64,000 nt of DNA from Candidatus Omnitrophota bacterium. GTDB taxonomy: Bacteria > Omnitrophota > Gorgyraeia > Zapsychrales > Fredricksoniimonadaceae. The notes beneath the pieces were generated by a model that did no database searches, had not been told where the DNA came from, and saw nothing but the letters and a program-made list of their open reading frames with translations. The stretch spans positions 3,834 through 67,833 of the forward strand of contig JABDGZ010000005.1 of the NCBI GenBank assembly GCA_013285735.1. The letters run 5' to 3'. This document shows positions 45,368 through 55,955 of the stretch, piece after piece (the first letter of the stretch is position 1; every line of letters starts with the position of its first letter). Position numbers and translations under genes: made by a program.

Positions 45368-46054
45368 TTACCGTAGATTTTCACTGTATTGGGAATATTC
45401 TTGTTGAATTTTATTAGAAGCAATGGCGTAACTTTTATTTTCTTCATTTAATCGTTTAGCCATAATTAGTCCTAACAAATGACCTTCATTATCCAAAAGT
45501 GGGCCGCCGCTATCTCCGTGATTAAGATTAAGGTTTAATTCGAAAAGTTCTACATTATTTGAATCGATGCCAGTTATTAGACTGGTGATTTCACCGCCCA
45601 GGATATTTTGATGATTATCGTCGGTATTACCAAGGGCAATAATAGGAGTTCCGACTTGAGCGGCTGCAGAGTCAGCCCAGGTGATGGCTTGAAGAGGTGA
45701 GGGCGGATCAATTTTTATAAAACTAAAATCAGCATTGCTGGAATAAACAAGTTTGGCTTCCAGGATGGTGCCGTCAGATAAACCGACAAAAATATGCGGG
45801 GCATTAGCAATAATGTGGGTATTGGTAACAATGATGCCCTGAGAATCAATGATGACACCATATCCTTGGGTGTGATAGGTGCCGACTACAGTATGACCGT
45901 CTTCATCAAAAGTTTTAGTATCAACGGTGCGTATTTCCACCAATGATGGCTGTACGTTTTGTAAAAGCTGTGCTGCGGTTTCGTCTTGGGCGTGGAGGTT
46001 AAGGGAAAATATTAAGGAGAACAAGCAGCTGATGAGTAAACGAAAAATTAGCAT
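45368..46054 (-). CDS. secreted trypsin-like serine protease (S1 family, no PDZ)
   Basis: Signal peptide. 'GYGVIIDSQGIIVTNTHII' (His), 'GDSGGPLLDNEGHLLG' (Ser). Confidence 0.75.
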   Translation of the reverse strand: MLIFRLLISCLFSLIFSLNLHAQDETAAQLLQNVQPSLVEIRTVDTKTFDEDGHTVVGTYHTQGYGVIIDSQGIIVTNTHIIANAPHIFVGLSDGTILEAKLVYSSNADFSFIKIDPPSPLQAITWADSAAAQVGTPIIALGNTDDNHQNILGGEITSLITGIDSNNVELFELNLNLNHGDSGGPLLDNEGHLLGLIMAKRLNEENKSYAIASNKIQQEYSQYSENLR

Positions 46055-46103
46055 AAAAGTATTTTATATCCCAAAATTTATAAATCAACAAAGGAGTTAA
46101 CCA

Positions 46104-46817
46104 ATGAAAAACTTAAAATATCTTCTTTTATTGTTACTCATTTGCGCCTCGCAGGTAGCGTATGCGCAAGTGTCTTCAGGGTCAGATGCCTTGCCTGCAG
46201 AAATGACGCTTTGGCAGACATTAAAGGCTGGCGGGGGGGTCATGGTTGTTATTGGATTCCTTTCTGTCCTGGCTGTTGCTATTATCATTTATGATTTTAT
46301 GATGCTTACGGTGGATAAATTAGCGCCCCGTGATTTTTTTGTTGATGTGATGCGTAAAATTGAAAGCAGGGATTTTGCTGCTGTTCAAACGATGTGCCGT
46401 AATGATAATATTACGATCATTTCCAAAATTGTGCTGGCCGGCCTTGAGCGTAGAAATCAGTATGATGATACGGCCCGCGAAGCGATGGAAAATACCGCCC
46501 GTGTTGAATTGACCAATCTTTGGCAAAACATCAGTTATCTATCAGACATCGTCGCTGTAGCGCCTCTCTTAGGTTTGCTGGGAACAGTCCTTGGGATGAT
46601 CCAGGCCTTTCATGCGGTACCCTTGCAATCAGCCAGTGTTAAGACGACTCTTTTAGCGGCAGGTATCTCCAAGGCCATGGTAACTACAGCTTCAGGACTG
46701 GTCGTGGCTATTCCATGTCTGATCGCCTATTCCTATTTCCGAGGTCAGGTGCAACAGGTTACTAACAAGATCGAGATGTATAGCACGGACATTATCAAAG
46801 CGATCCAAAACCGGTAA
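46104..46817 (+). CDS. exbB: MotA/TolQ/ExbB proton-channel protein
   Basis: 'VAPLLGLLGTVLGMIQAF', 'GISKAMVTTASGLVVAIP'. Confidence 0.85.
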   Translation: MKNLKYLLLLLLICASQVAYAQVSSGSDALPAEMTLWQTLKAGGGVMVVIGFLSVLAVAIIIYDFMMLTVDKLAPRDFFVDVMRKIESRDFAAVQTMCRNDNITIISKIVLAGLERRNQYDDTAREAMENTARVELTNLWQNISYLSDIVAVAPLLGLLGTVLGMIQAFHAVPLQSASVKTTLLAAGISKAMVTTASGLVVAIPCLIAYSYFRGQVQQVTNKIEMYSTDIIKAIQNR

Positions 46818-46834
46818 ATTTAGAGGGACTCAAC

Positions 46835-47260
46835 ATGCCTAAATTCGATTTTTCTGAATATCATAAGCAACGGCCAATGATTCAATTAGCCCCTTTGGTT
46901 GACATAGCGTTTTGGGCATTGATGTTTTTTATGATCATTGCTGTTTTTAATCAAATGGAAGTCCAGGTTAATATGACACTTCCTAAGTCCAAGACAGCCG
47001 TCCAATCCGCTCAAAGTGCAGGCAAGATTGTGATCAATATTACCAGGGACGGGCAATTTATTGTTAATCAAAAGCGATATACCAGCACTGGCCTGGCAAT
47101 TATGCTTAGAGAAGTTTCTAAATTATTTCCCAATCAGCAGGTCATTATCCGGGCTGATGAATTAACCTATCATAAGTATGTGATCCAAGCCCTAGATGCC
47201 TGTGGCCTTTCCAATCTTTCGGACGTATCCTTTTCAACACTTAGGGACGAGAGCAAATAA
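46835..47260 (+). CDS. exbD: ExbD/TolR biopolymer transport protein
   Basis: 'LAPLVDIAFWALMFFMI'; 141 aa with a single TM segment. Confidence 0.8.
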   Translation: MPKFDFSEYHKQRPMIQLAPLVDIAFWALMFFMIIAVFNQMEVQVNMTLPKSKTAVQSAQSAGKIVINITRDGQFIVNQKRYTSTGLAIMLREVSKLFPNQQVIIRADELTYHKYVIQALDACGLSNLSDVSFSTLRDESK

Positions 47261-49588
47261 ATGAGATCCATCGTCATCGCCATTTTATTTTTAATGGCCC
47301 CCACATGTATTTACGCTCAAACACCTGTTAAGGAATCCGAACAGTTGGATTTTGCTCAAGGCTTGCTTTCACGGGGCATGTACGATATGGCTATCTTGCA
47401 ATACCAGAAGTTTATCTCCGATTATCCCCAAAGTTCATCTTTGTCAGAAGCTTATTTGTATTTGGCAGAAGGTTATTTTTTATCCCAGGATTTTAATAAG
47501 GCTGTTGATGCTTTCAATAAATTCAATCAACTTTATCCTAATTCAGGGCAATTGCCGATGAGTATATTACGTTTGGGCCAAATTGATATTCAACAGCAAA
47601 AATATGATGAGGCCTTAAAAGAGTTGACATCCATCGATGTTCAAAAGCAGGTAAAAGGGGAGATGCTCCAATCATTTGATTTTTATATGGCCCAAGCGTA
47701 TATCGGAAAAACAGATACTGTTGATGCCTTAGATTTTTTCCAGAAAGCAACCCAAGTCGAGGGAGCAAAAGCCTACACTGCTGAAGCTTTTAAAGAAATA
47801 GGCATGATTCAGGTCCAGAATGGTCATTACAGTGACGCCATGGATGCGTACGTAAAATCAATGCAATTAGCAGAGGATAGCACTCTTAAAGGAGAGTTAA
47901 TTTACAAGATCTCCGAGCTTGAATTTTTATCAGGTAAATATGATGATGCCATTAAAGGATTCGGGAAGATTTTAGAGAATTACTCCGGTTCGGGTTTGAC
48001 CCAGGATGCCCTGGCTAATTTGCTTTTATCTTATTTTAATTTAGGGCAGTATGACCAATTGTTAAAGGAATATCAGAAGAATGCCCCGCAGATCAGGGAT
48101 GATGATAATTATTTTGCAACCCACCTTGCAGCAGTGATGGCCTATATTGAGTTAGAAAAGTATGACCAGGCCAATGCACTGTTAGACCGTATGCTTGGCT
48201 TTCCAGTATTAAAACCTGAAGAGAGGGCAAAGGTTTATATCAAGAAAGCGGATATTTTGATCAGGAAAAAAAAGTTTAAGGATGCCTTGGCATTATTGGA
48301 GACTGATGTTGTCGAAGATCCCCAGGACGCTGATGAAGTTTTATTTTTGAAAGCCCAGGGGTATTACGGTCTTGAAGATTTTGACCATGCGTTTAATTTC
48401 TTTGAGAATGTCTATTTGAATTTTCCTAATTCCCGCTTTTTGAAGGCCTCACTTTTAGGCCAGGCGCATACCCGTAAGGCAACGGGCAGGTTTAAGGAGT
48501 CTGAAGCTTTATTTTTAAAATACGTGGATATACAGGACCAGCCTGATTTAAAAAGTGAAGCTTTGTACGATGCAGTGATGATGGCTGTTAAAGCGGGGGA
48601 TCTAAGCGGGGTCATTAGCTCTGCACAAGAATATTTAAAAATGTTTCCTGATGGTAATCAATATAGTGAAGTTTTAATGATCCTGGCTGATAATGAGGGC
48701 CAAAATAATCATGCTCAGGATGCAGTTGAATTATTACAGGGGTATTTAGCTAAACCAGCACAGCTTCAAAGGCCGAATGCCGCTTATTTTTTATTAGGAT
48801 ACAATCAACAGCTTTTAGGTAACAGCGATAAAGCCTTGGCGGCTTACGCGCAGGTTGACCAACGTAAAGAAGAAGGGAAATTTTATGTGGCTGCCCTTAA
48901 AAATATGGCGGTGATTTATCTTTCTCAAAAGAATTATAATCAGGCCATGAACTATTTTGATCGATTGATCAGCCAGCCGGACGCAAATGATTTACAAGTG
49001 AAGACCTATATTTGGGTTTGTAATGAATATTTAAAATTACAAAAATTCGACGATGTTTTGCGTATCGCGAGCCAGGCGGAAAGGCGTTTTCCTGTTCAGG
49101 ATCTTTTAGAGATCAAATATTTTAAAGCTGAAGCTTTGCGCGGGATGGGGCGCTGCGATGATGCAAACAAGCTTTATGATCAGGTGACTTCATCGATAGA
49201 CAAAAATGCCTATACCGGAAGCGCTCATATTGGTGAGGGTTTATGTTTGGTTAAGATTCAGAAATTTGATTTGGCAGTGGGGGAGTTCCAAAAAGCTTTA
49301 GATGAAAATGCCGATGATGCCACTGTTACGGTGCATGCAAGGTTTGAGATGGCCAATCTCGACGTTTCTCGAGGAAATCTTGATGACGCGCTTAAATTAT
49401 ATCTTTTGGTGGCGACCATTTATGATAGTGATTACTATTGTTCTGAAAGTTTATTGCGGGCCGCGAAGATTTTTGAGCAACAAAAACATCAAGAAGATGC
49501 TCAAAAAATGTATTCAGAAATTCTGGATAAATATAAAAACAGCGTTGCGGCTCAATATGCCAGGCAAAGAGTGGGTCTTTTAAAATGA
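47261..49588 (+). CDS. secreted TPR-repeat protein (775 aa)
   Basis: Signal peptide, followed by more than 12 TPR-like units ('A.YLLG..Y...N...A...F'). Confidence 0.7.
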   Translation: MRSIVIAILFLMAPTCIYAQTPVKESEQLDFAQGLLSRGMYDMAILQYQKFISDYPQSSSLSEAYLYLAEGYFLSQDFNKAVDAFNKFNQLYPNSGQLPMSILRLGQIDIQQQKYDEALKELTSIDVQKQVKGEMLQSFDFYMAQAYIGKTDTVDALDFFQKATQVEGAKAYTAEAFKEIGMIQVQNGHYSDAMDAYVKSMQLAEDSTLKGELIYKISELEFLSGKYDDAIKGFGKILENYSGSGLTQDALANLLLSYFNLGQYDQLLKEYQKNAPQIRDDDNYFATHLAAVMAYIELEKYDQANALLDRMLGFPVLKPEERAKVYIKKADILIRKKKFKDALALLETDVVEDPQDADEVLFLKAQGYYGLEDFDHAFNFFENVYLNFPNSRFLKASLLGQAHTRKATGRFKESEALFLKYVDIQDQPDLKSEALYDAVMMAVKAGDLSGVISSAQEYLKMFPDGNQYSEVLMILADNEGQNNHAQDAVELLQGYLAKPAQLQRPNAAYFLLGYNQQLLGNSDKALAAYAQVDQRKEEGKFYVAALKNMAVIYLSQKNYNQAMNYFDRLISQPDANDLQVKTYIWVCNEYLKLQKFDDVLRIASQAERRFPVQDLLEIKYFKAEALRGMGRCDDANKLYDQVTSSIDKNAYTGSAHIGEGLCLVKIQKFDLAVGEFQKALDENADDATVTVHARFEMANLDVSRGNLDDALKLYLLVATIYDSDYYCSESLLRAAKIFEQQKHQEDAQKMYSEILDKYKNSVAAQYARQRVGLLK

Positions 49589-51330
49589 ACGACAAGGTCA
49601 GAAAAAGAATACTGATTGCTTTTTTAGTTTCCATATTAATCCATATCGGATTCTTGGTGTGGAGTTACTTTGTCAAAATTTTACCGGCTGTTCCTTTTCC
49701 TGAAAAACTTGAAACTATTTTTCATGTTAAGATTGATAAAGAAGAACATTTGGGTGAGGAAAAGTTAAAATTTGATACAGATTTTTCCCGTAAATCTCCC
49801 AAACCTGATAATCCTTTTACTGAAAATATGCTAAGCAAGCCTTCGGTTGAATCTGAAGAGTTAATCAAAAACAATATTGAGTCATCCATTCAAAAGAATC
49901 ATCAAGCGCTTATCCCTTCATCAGTCCAAGAAAATCAAGTGCTTAAAAAATCAGAATTTAATGATATCGTCATGACCAGAAAGGTCCGTCGTGCGGTGCG
50001 GGAGAATTTGGTGGAATTAGGAGAAGTGCCAAACGAGAATTTCTCTTCTGGTTCCCCTGTGCTGATTTCCGGCGAGGATATTTCCAGGCATTTTCTGGAT
50101 AAAAGCGCCATGCCTGCCAGGGCCACCTTGGCAGCACCCATGCAAGCGGCTAATTCACAAACTGAATTTCAGATGATGAAACGCAATTTAACAGGAGTGG
50201 AGCATGAATCTAAATCCATGGATTTGGGTACAGCCTTGACCTATCAGCTTTTTAAATATCAAGACCCTGTTTCAGGGCAGAAATATTTTAAACTTGTGGT
50301 GAAGGTGAGGGACGCGACTATCGATTTTCCAGTTATCCCTAAAGAGATTATTTTTTTAGTGGATGCGTCAGGTAGTATAGGGATGGAGCGCTTAAGTCAG
50401 TTTGAAGAAGGATTGATTTATAGTTTAAAACATCTTAACCCTGACGATCGTTTTAATATCCTGGTTTTTAAAGATAAAAATGTCCCTTTGAGTCCGACAT
50501 CTTTAAAGGTCAGTCCTGAAAATATAAAATCTGCCATTGAATTTCTTCAAGGCCAGAAATCATGGTCTACGACGGACATCTACAATGCGCTAAGGACAAG
50601 TATTAATTTGCAGGATCCTTTTGTCCCGTCTTATAGGGTATTTATGAGTGACGGGTTTCCAACGACCGGTATCATTAATGCCAGGCGCGTGATTAATGAG
50701 ATTTCAAAGATCAATGATAACAGGGTGAGTATTTTTACATTTGGCGGAGGATCGAGTGTTGATCCGTATATGCTGGATTTCATAGCTTTTAAGAACCGCG
50801 GCTGGTCAAGGGTGGCTGACCGGGAATATTTTATGGGCAGAGAATTTGCCCAAATGTACGATGAGATTAAAGATCCGCTTCTTTTAAATGTGCGTTATTA
50901 TGTCAGCGGTCTTAATGATAAAGAGATTTTTCCTCAAACCATGCCTGATTTTTTTAAAGGTTCTCAATTTGTTGTTTATGGCAGGTATACAAATGAAGAT
51001 AAATTTGTAGTTCAAATCCGGGGGGAGATGGTGCAAGACAAGAAAGAATTCATGGTGAGCGCCTCACTGAAAGATGCTCTTCCAGGCAGTAAGCAGATTG
51101 CTCACGATTGGGCTTTTCATAAGGTTTATTATTTGATCAGCGAACTAAAATACAATGAAAATAATCAGGTCTTGCTTGATGCTATTGGTAATTTGTGTAC
51201 CAAATTTCATATTATCACCCCGTATTCAATCTCATTCCAACCTTCTCAACACCCGGTGTTGCGGAGATTGACGAGTAAAGAAAATAAGAAAGCGCTGAAT
51301 TCTCCTAATTTTGGTATAATAAAAAAATGA
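49585..51330 (+). CDS. membrane-anchored VIT/VWA-domain protein with TonB-type SxxxH anchor
   Basis: N-terminal 'ILIAFLVSILIHIGFLVW' has Ser16-x3-His20, as in the TonB anchor. VWA MIDAS 'IIFLVDASGSIG' and 'DRFNILVFKD'. No TonB C-terminal domain. Confidence 0.6.
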   Translation: MNDKVRKRILIAFLVSILIHIGFLVWSYFVKILPAVPFPEKLETIFHVKIDKEEHLGEEKLKFDTDFSRKSPKPDNPFTENMLSKPSVESEELIKNNIESSIQKNHQALIPSSVQENQVLKKSEFNDIVMTRKVRRAVRENLVELGEVPNENFSSGSPVLISGEDISRHFLDKSAMPARATLAAPMQAANSQTEFQMMKRNLTGVEHESKSMDLGTALTYQLFKYQDPVSGQKYFKLVVKVRDATIDFPVIPKEIIFLVDASGSIGMERLSQFEEGLIYSLKHLNPDDRFNILVFKDKNVPLSPTSLKVSPENIKSAIEFLQGQKSWSTTDIYNALRTSINLQDPFVPSYRVFMSDGFPTTGIINARRVINEISKINDNRVSIFTFGGGSSVDPYMLDFIAFKNRGWSRVADREYFMGREFAQMYDEIKDPLLLNVRYYVSGLNDKEIFPQTMPDFFKGSQFVVYGRYTNEDKFVVQIRGEMVQDKKEFMVSASLKDALPGSKQIAHDWAFHKVYYLISELKYNENNQVLLDAIGNLCTKFHIITPYSISFQPSQHPVLRRLTSKENKKALNSPNFGIIKK

Positions 51331-51929
51331 ACATCAAAATATTTTTAGTCGCAGGAGTACTTACAGGATTGCTTCTTGGTTTTAATGTTTGCGCGGATGA
51401 AGAATCTGATGTCATTAAGGCAGATCGTCAGGCCTTGCTAGACGCCAATGCTTCAGGTGTGTCTTCAAAGATATTAGCTGCCAAGGAGCAGTTGAGCGAT
51501 GATCTTGGGATGGAGGCAGATCAAAGGCGTAAGGACCTGGAGGGGATTACCATACCTTTAGTGCCTGATGGCCAGGGTCATTTTCTTGCAGATGTGTTAA
51601 TCAATAATAAGGTCCATGCCTCCTTGGTGGTGGATACAGGATCTCCTGTAATTATGTTGACTTCTTCATTTGTTCAGAAATTAGGCCTTGATCTGAGCCA
51701 GTCTACGGTGGGTTATGTAGAAGTGTTAAATGGTAAATATAAAGCAGCTGCGGTTTCATTAGATAGTGTAAAGGTGGGGAGTGTCCAGGCCTATGATGTC
51801 AGTGCGACACTTTTACTTCAAGATAATAGGGAAATTAGCGATGGCTTGTTAGGCTTGTCATTTTTAGGTAAATTCCACTATACCTTGGATCCAGTACGGC
51901 AAATACTGGTTTTGAAAAAACTGCAATAA
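51327..51929 (+). CDS. retropepsin-like aspartic protease (secreted)
   Basis: Signal peptide. 'ASLVVDTGSPVIMLT' (DTG), 'DGLLGLSFL'. Confidence 0.7.
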   Translation: MNIKIFLVAGVLTGLLLGFNVCADEESDVIKADRQALLDANASGVSSKILAAKEQLSDDLGMEADQRRKDLEGITIPLVPDGQGHFLADVLINNKVHASLVVDTGSPVIMLTSSFVQKLGLDLSQSTVGYVEVLNGKYKAAAVSLDSVKVGSVQAYDVSATLLLQDNREISDGLLGLSFLGKFHYTLDPVRQILVLKKLQ

Positions 51930-52050
51930 ATGGGAACTTTTTAGTGAGTATTATTGTCTAATATGGTGGAGGCAGACAAAGGGATTGACCTCTTGTTTGA
52001 AGAGGATTAGAATTAAGAAAGAATGGATAAGTTATACTGAGGAGGTTGTT

Positions 52051-52605
52051 ATGAGGATTACGCTAAAAATATTCTTCGTTTTTTTATTTTTGAGTTTATT
52101 AATAGTCCGGCCAACACCTTCCTATGCATGGCATGGGCGCACCTATGTGGGTGTTAATTTTGGCGTGTGGCCTGGGTCTTATTATTATGGCCCCTACTAT
52201 AATCCGTACTACTATCCCTATTATGCTACTCCTTATTACCCTAGTTATACGGTTGTAGCTTCTTCAAGTTATCAGCCGGTCGTAGTCAATGGTGTCACCT
52301 ATTATGTTAATAACGGTGTTTATTATATTTATACGCAGTACGGTTACCAAGCAGTGGCAAGTCCTGTGATGGCAGCGCCTCAGCCTCAGGTGGTATCTGC
52401 GCCATCTGTACAACCTGCTACAGTAACAGTCTCATCCGCAAGTACTAGTACTGATGATTCGTTTACTATTAATGTTCCTAATGACAAGGGGGGATATACT
52501 GCAGTCCTTCTTAAAAAATCAGGGACTGGATTTGTAGGGCCTCAAGGTGAATTTTATGCTGATTTCCCTAAAGTGTCTCAGCTTAGGTTGATGTATGGAA
52601 AATAG
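52051..52605 (+). CDS. secreted Tyr/Pro-rich protein with the same 47-aa C-terminal module as 44909..45355
   Basis: GAGGAGG RBS. Signal peptide. 'YYYGPYYNPYYYPYYATPYYPSY'. C-terminal 'INVPNDKGGYTAVLLKKSGTGFVGPQGEFYADFPKVSQLRLMYGK'. Confidence 0.55.
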   Translation: MRITLKIFFVFLFLSLLIVRPTPSYAWHGRTYVGVNFGVWPGSYYYGPYYNPYYYPYYATPYYPSYTVVASSSYQPVVVNGVTYYVNNGVYYIYTQYGYQAVASPVMAAPQPQVVSAPSVQPATVTVSSASTSTDDSFTINVPNDKGGYTAVLLKKSGTGFVGPQGEFYADFPKVSQLRLMYGK

Positions 52606-52615
52606 GATAATTTTT

Positions 52616-52987
52616 ATGCGTAAGAGAATATTGTTATTAGGTTTACTTATCTTAGGCCTTGCTGGGTGTGCTACCAGCAGTAATTATATTAATTATACCG
52701 ACCAAAGATTTCCGCCTAAAGATGATTATTATGTTGTTAATGTTTATTCCCAGGCACAGCCGCAACCTGCCAGTAATCCTTATTATGTGATTGGGAAGGT
52801 TTCTGTCGAAGGGTTTGCCAGCAATGGGGTAAGCCCGGAAACTTTGACCAGTCAAGCAAGGAAAATTGCCAGAAAAAGAGGGGCTGATGCCATCATTAAT
52901 GCCAGCACATTAGTATTCCGTTATTATGGCGGTGATGCTTTGTTGAGGTTTAAGGGTGAGCTTATTGTCTACGCTCCTGTGAAGTAA
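52616..52987 (+). CDS. small lipoprotein, unknown function
   Basis: 'MRKRILLLGLLILGLAGC' lipobox; 123 aa. Confidence 0.5.
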   Translation: MRKRILLLGLLILGLAGCATSSNYINYTDQRFPPKDDYYVVNVYSQAQPQPASNPYYVIGKVSVEGFASNGVSPETLTSQARKIARKRGADAIINASTLVFRYYGGDALLRFKGELIVYAPVK

Positions 52988-53029
52988 CGCTTCCTGTAAG
53001 TCCTTGCCGATAAATATCCTACACAACCC

Positions 53030-53058
53030 TTGTATGTAAAGCTTGATTGCTTTATAAT
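53030..53058 (+). promoter_or_regulatory. sigma70-like promoter
   Basis: TTGTAT (53030-53035), 17-nt spacer, TATAAT (53053-53058). The inverted repeat TTGATTGC / GCAATCAA brackets the -10. Confidence 0.4.
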
Positions 53059-53099
53059 TTAATCAAATTTCGAGCAATCAATATTTAAGGAGGAGTAAC

Positions 53100-53468
53100 G
53101 TGGAGAATAAGAAAATTAATTTGTCATTTTGTATCGTTGTCATTACCTTTCTGGTGATTTTTTATATTTTGCTCAAAGGTTTTAATAATATCAGGGTTAA
53201 TGATTTTAAAGAATATACGGTTAATATTGCTAAGGTTGTAAGTATAGAAAATAACAGGATCAGGATTCTTGCGTATCGATTAGCCGTGCAACAAAAAGAA
53301 AATGAAGATTTGAAGAATACCTTGGCAGAGACCAGGAATTCTCTTGAAGCTTTAAGTAAAAAATTAATTCTGCCTGCTCCCGTTGCCGCTCCAGCAAGCG
53401 TACCAGCACCTGTGACGGTGCCAGCGCCTGCAACAGTGCCAGCAGCGTCTGTGACCACGACAAAATAA
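53100..53468 (+). CDS. membrane-anchored coiled-coil protein with PAPV-rich tail
   Basis: AAGGAGG RBS, GTG start, one TM segment. C-terminal 'LPAPVAAPASVPAPVTVPAPATVPAAS'. Confidence 0.4.
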   Translation: MENKKINLSFCIVVITFLVIFYILLKGFNNIRVNDFKEYTVNIAKVVSIENNRIRILAYRLAVQQKENEDLKNTLAETRNSLEALSKKLILPAPVAAPASVPAPVTVPAPATVPAASVTTTK

Positions 53469-53480
53469 TTGGGAGTTCTC

Positions 53481-55955
53481 ATGCCTTCTGATTCTAAAAA
53501 ACCAGCAGATTGGTTTGTTTCTACCAAAGAAATGACCAAGGAAGCGTTAAAATTGTCGTTTCAGATGAATCGGCAATACACTCTTTCCAAAGACCAATAC
53601 ACCTCGACCATGCATGATAATTTTATGGCCCTGTCCATGGCTGTCCGTGACCGTATCGTTGAGCGGTGGATCAAGACCCAGCAGGGTTACCATAAAAAGA
53701 ATGTCCGTCGGGTTTATTATTTGTCCATGGAATTTCTGATCGGTCGCCTGATGGGCAATAATATCTATAATTTAGGCATAGAAAAACAGGCAACCGATGC
53801 GTTGGATGATTTAGGATTAGATATGGAAACTGTCCGGGAGCAGGAGGTTGATGCTGGTTTGGGCAATGGCGGTTTAGGGCGCCTGGCTGCCTGTTTTTTG
53901 GATTCTATGGCAAGTCTTGGGGTGCCAGCGCATGGTTATGGGATCCGTTATGATTACGGTATATTTAATCAAAAAATTAAGGATGGTTTTCAGGTAGAAC
54001 TTCCGGATGAATGGCTGCGGACCGGAAATCCATGGGAATTTGAGCGTCCTGAAAATACCGTTACGATCCGTTTTTATGGAAGTACGCAGGCAGATAAAGA
54101 TTCTGGTGCCAAGGTTCGTCATAAATGGATTAACACACAGGATGTGCTTGCTGTTCCGTATGATTTTCCTGTTGCCGGGTATAAAAATGATGTTGTTAAT
54201 ACTTTGCGTTTGTGGTCTGCGCGTGGGACAGAAGAATTTGATTTTGATTATTTTAAGTCCGGCGATTATGAACAGGCTGTTTATAAAAAAATCCTTTCTG
54301 AAAATATTTCCAAGGTCTTGTACCCGTCAGATGATAAAAGCCAGGGTAAGGAGTTACGTTTAAAGCAGGAGTATTTTTTTACCGCAGCTTCCATGGCTGA
54401 TATTTTAAGGCGTTATAAGTCAGAGAATCCTGATCTCAATGATCTTCCTAAAAGAGTAGTTATTCAATTAAACGATACGCATCCCACTTTAGGGATTGTC
54501 GAGCTTATGAGGCTTTTGCTTGATGAGTATGGTTTTGAGTGGGAGACTGCCTGGGATATTACGACCAAGGTATTTGCGTATACGAATCATACCCTGATGC
54601 CTGAGGCCTTGGAATGCTGGGGCATTGATTTATTTGAGAAACTTTTACCTCGTCATATGCAGATCATCTATGACATTAATGCTAATTTTCTAAGAAGCGT
54701 TGCTCTCCGGTATCCTGGTGATAATGACCGTTTAAGGCGCATGTCGATCATTGAGGAAGGATATCCTAAAAAAGTCCGCATGGCTTATCTGGCCATCGTA
54801 GGCAGTTCTTTTGTCAACGGGGTTTCGAAATTACATTCTGATTTACTTCAAGAAAAACTATTCAAAGATTTTTATGAGATTTATCCCGAGAAATTTAATA
54901 ATAAAACAAATGGGATTACTCAGCGTCGATGGCTCTTGAAAGCCAATCCACGATTGTCTACCTTGTTGATGGAAAAACTGGGAGATGGCTGGGTTATGGA
55001 TTTAAATAAATTAGAACAGCTCAATACGCTTCAAAGTAATAAAGCCTTTCGTGAGCGATGGATTGATATCAAGAAACAAAATAAAGAATCTCTCGTGAAA
55101 TATATTAAATCCAGCATGAATATCAACCTTGACCCTGAATCTATTTTTGATGTGCAGATCAAACGTATCCATGAGTACAAGCGCCAAATGCTTTTTGCTT
55201 TTTATATAATTGCACAGTATTTGCGTCTCAAGCAAAGCCCTAAAGAATTTATTTATCCGCGCACCTTCATGATTGGCGGGAAGGCGGCCCCGTCGTACAC
55301 CATGGCCAAATTAACGATTAAATTTATTAATAGCATTGCTGATGTGATTAATCATGATAAAAGTGTGAATGACAAGATACGACTGGTGTTTCTTGAAAAT
55401 TACCGCGTGTCTTTGGCGGAAAAGGTGTTTCCAGCCAGTGATTTGTCCGAGCAGATTTCGACTGCCGGGACAGAAGCTTCAGGGACGGGTAATATGAAAT
55501 TCATGATGAATGGGGCCTTGACCATCGGTACTTTGGATGGTGCAAATATTGAAATAGCCCAGGCCGTAGGGGATGAGAATATATTTATTTTTGGACTTAA
55601 AGCGCCTGAGGTCGAAGCCTTAAAGCAGAAGGGCTATGATCCGAAACAATACATTGATAAGAATCCCATGCTCAAAGAAATTTTTAAATTGATCCACAGC
55701 GGCTTTTTTAGCCCGCATGACCTTAAGCTTTTTGCTCCTATTGTCCAGTCGCTGGAACAGTATGATCCTTATTTAGTTTGTGCTGATTTTGAGAGCTATT
55801 GCCAAACTCAGGATGCGGTTTCAAAAATGTATTTGAATAAAGAGGAGTGGACTAAAAAATCCATCATCAACGTGGCCCAAAGCGGTTACTTCTCCTCGGA
55901 CCGCACCATTAGGGAATATGCCAAAGATATTTGGAACATTCCTGTTAAACAATGA
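53481..55955 (+). CDS. glgP: glycogen/maltodextrin phosphorylase
   Basis: 'LGNGGLGRLAACFLDS', 'EASGTGNMKFMMNGALTIGTLDGANIEI' (PLP lysine). Confidence 0.9.
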   Translation: MPSDSKKPADWFVSTKEMTKEALKLSFQMNRQYTLSKDQYTSTMHDNFMALSMAVRDRIVERWIKTQQGYHKKNVRRVYYLSMEFLIGRLMGNNIYNLGIEKQATDALDDLGLDMETVREQEVDAGLGNGGLGRLAACFLDSMASLGVPAHGYGIRYDYGIFNQKIKDGFQVELPDEWLRTGNPWEFERPENTVTIRFYGSTQADKDSGAKVRHKWINTQDVLAVPYDFPVAGYKNDVVNTLRLWSARGTEEFDFDYFKSGDYEQAVYKKILSENISKVLYPSDDKSQGKELRLKQEYFFTAASMADILRRYKSENPDLNDLPKRVVIQLNDTHPTLGIVELMRLLLDEYGFEWETAWDITTKVFAYTNHTLMPEALECWGIDLFEKLLPRHMQIIYDINANFLRSVALRYPGDNDRLRRMSIIEEGYPKKVRMAYLAIVGSSFVNGVSKLHSDLLQEKLFKDFYEIYPEKFNNKTNGITQRRWLLKANPRLSTLLMEKLGDGWVMDLNKLEQLNTLQSNKAFRERWIDIKKQNKESLVKYIKSSMNINLDPESIFDVQIKRIHEYKRQMLFAFYIIAQYLRLKQSPKEFIYPRTFMIGGKAAPSYTMAKLTIKFINSIADVINHDKSVNDKIRLVFLENYRVSLAEKVFPASDLSEQISTAGTEASGTGNMKFMMNGALTIGTLDGANIEIAQAVGDENIFIFGLKAPEVEALKQKGYDPKQYIDKNPMLKEIFKLIHSGFFSPHDLKLFAPIVQSLEQYDPYLVCADFESYCQTQDAVSKMYLNKEEWTKKSIINVAQSGYFSSDRTIREYAKDIWNIPVKQ

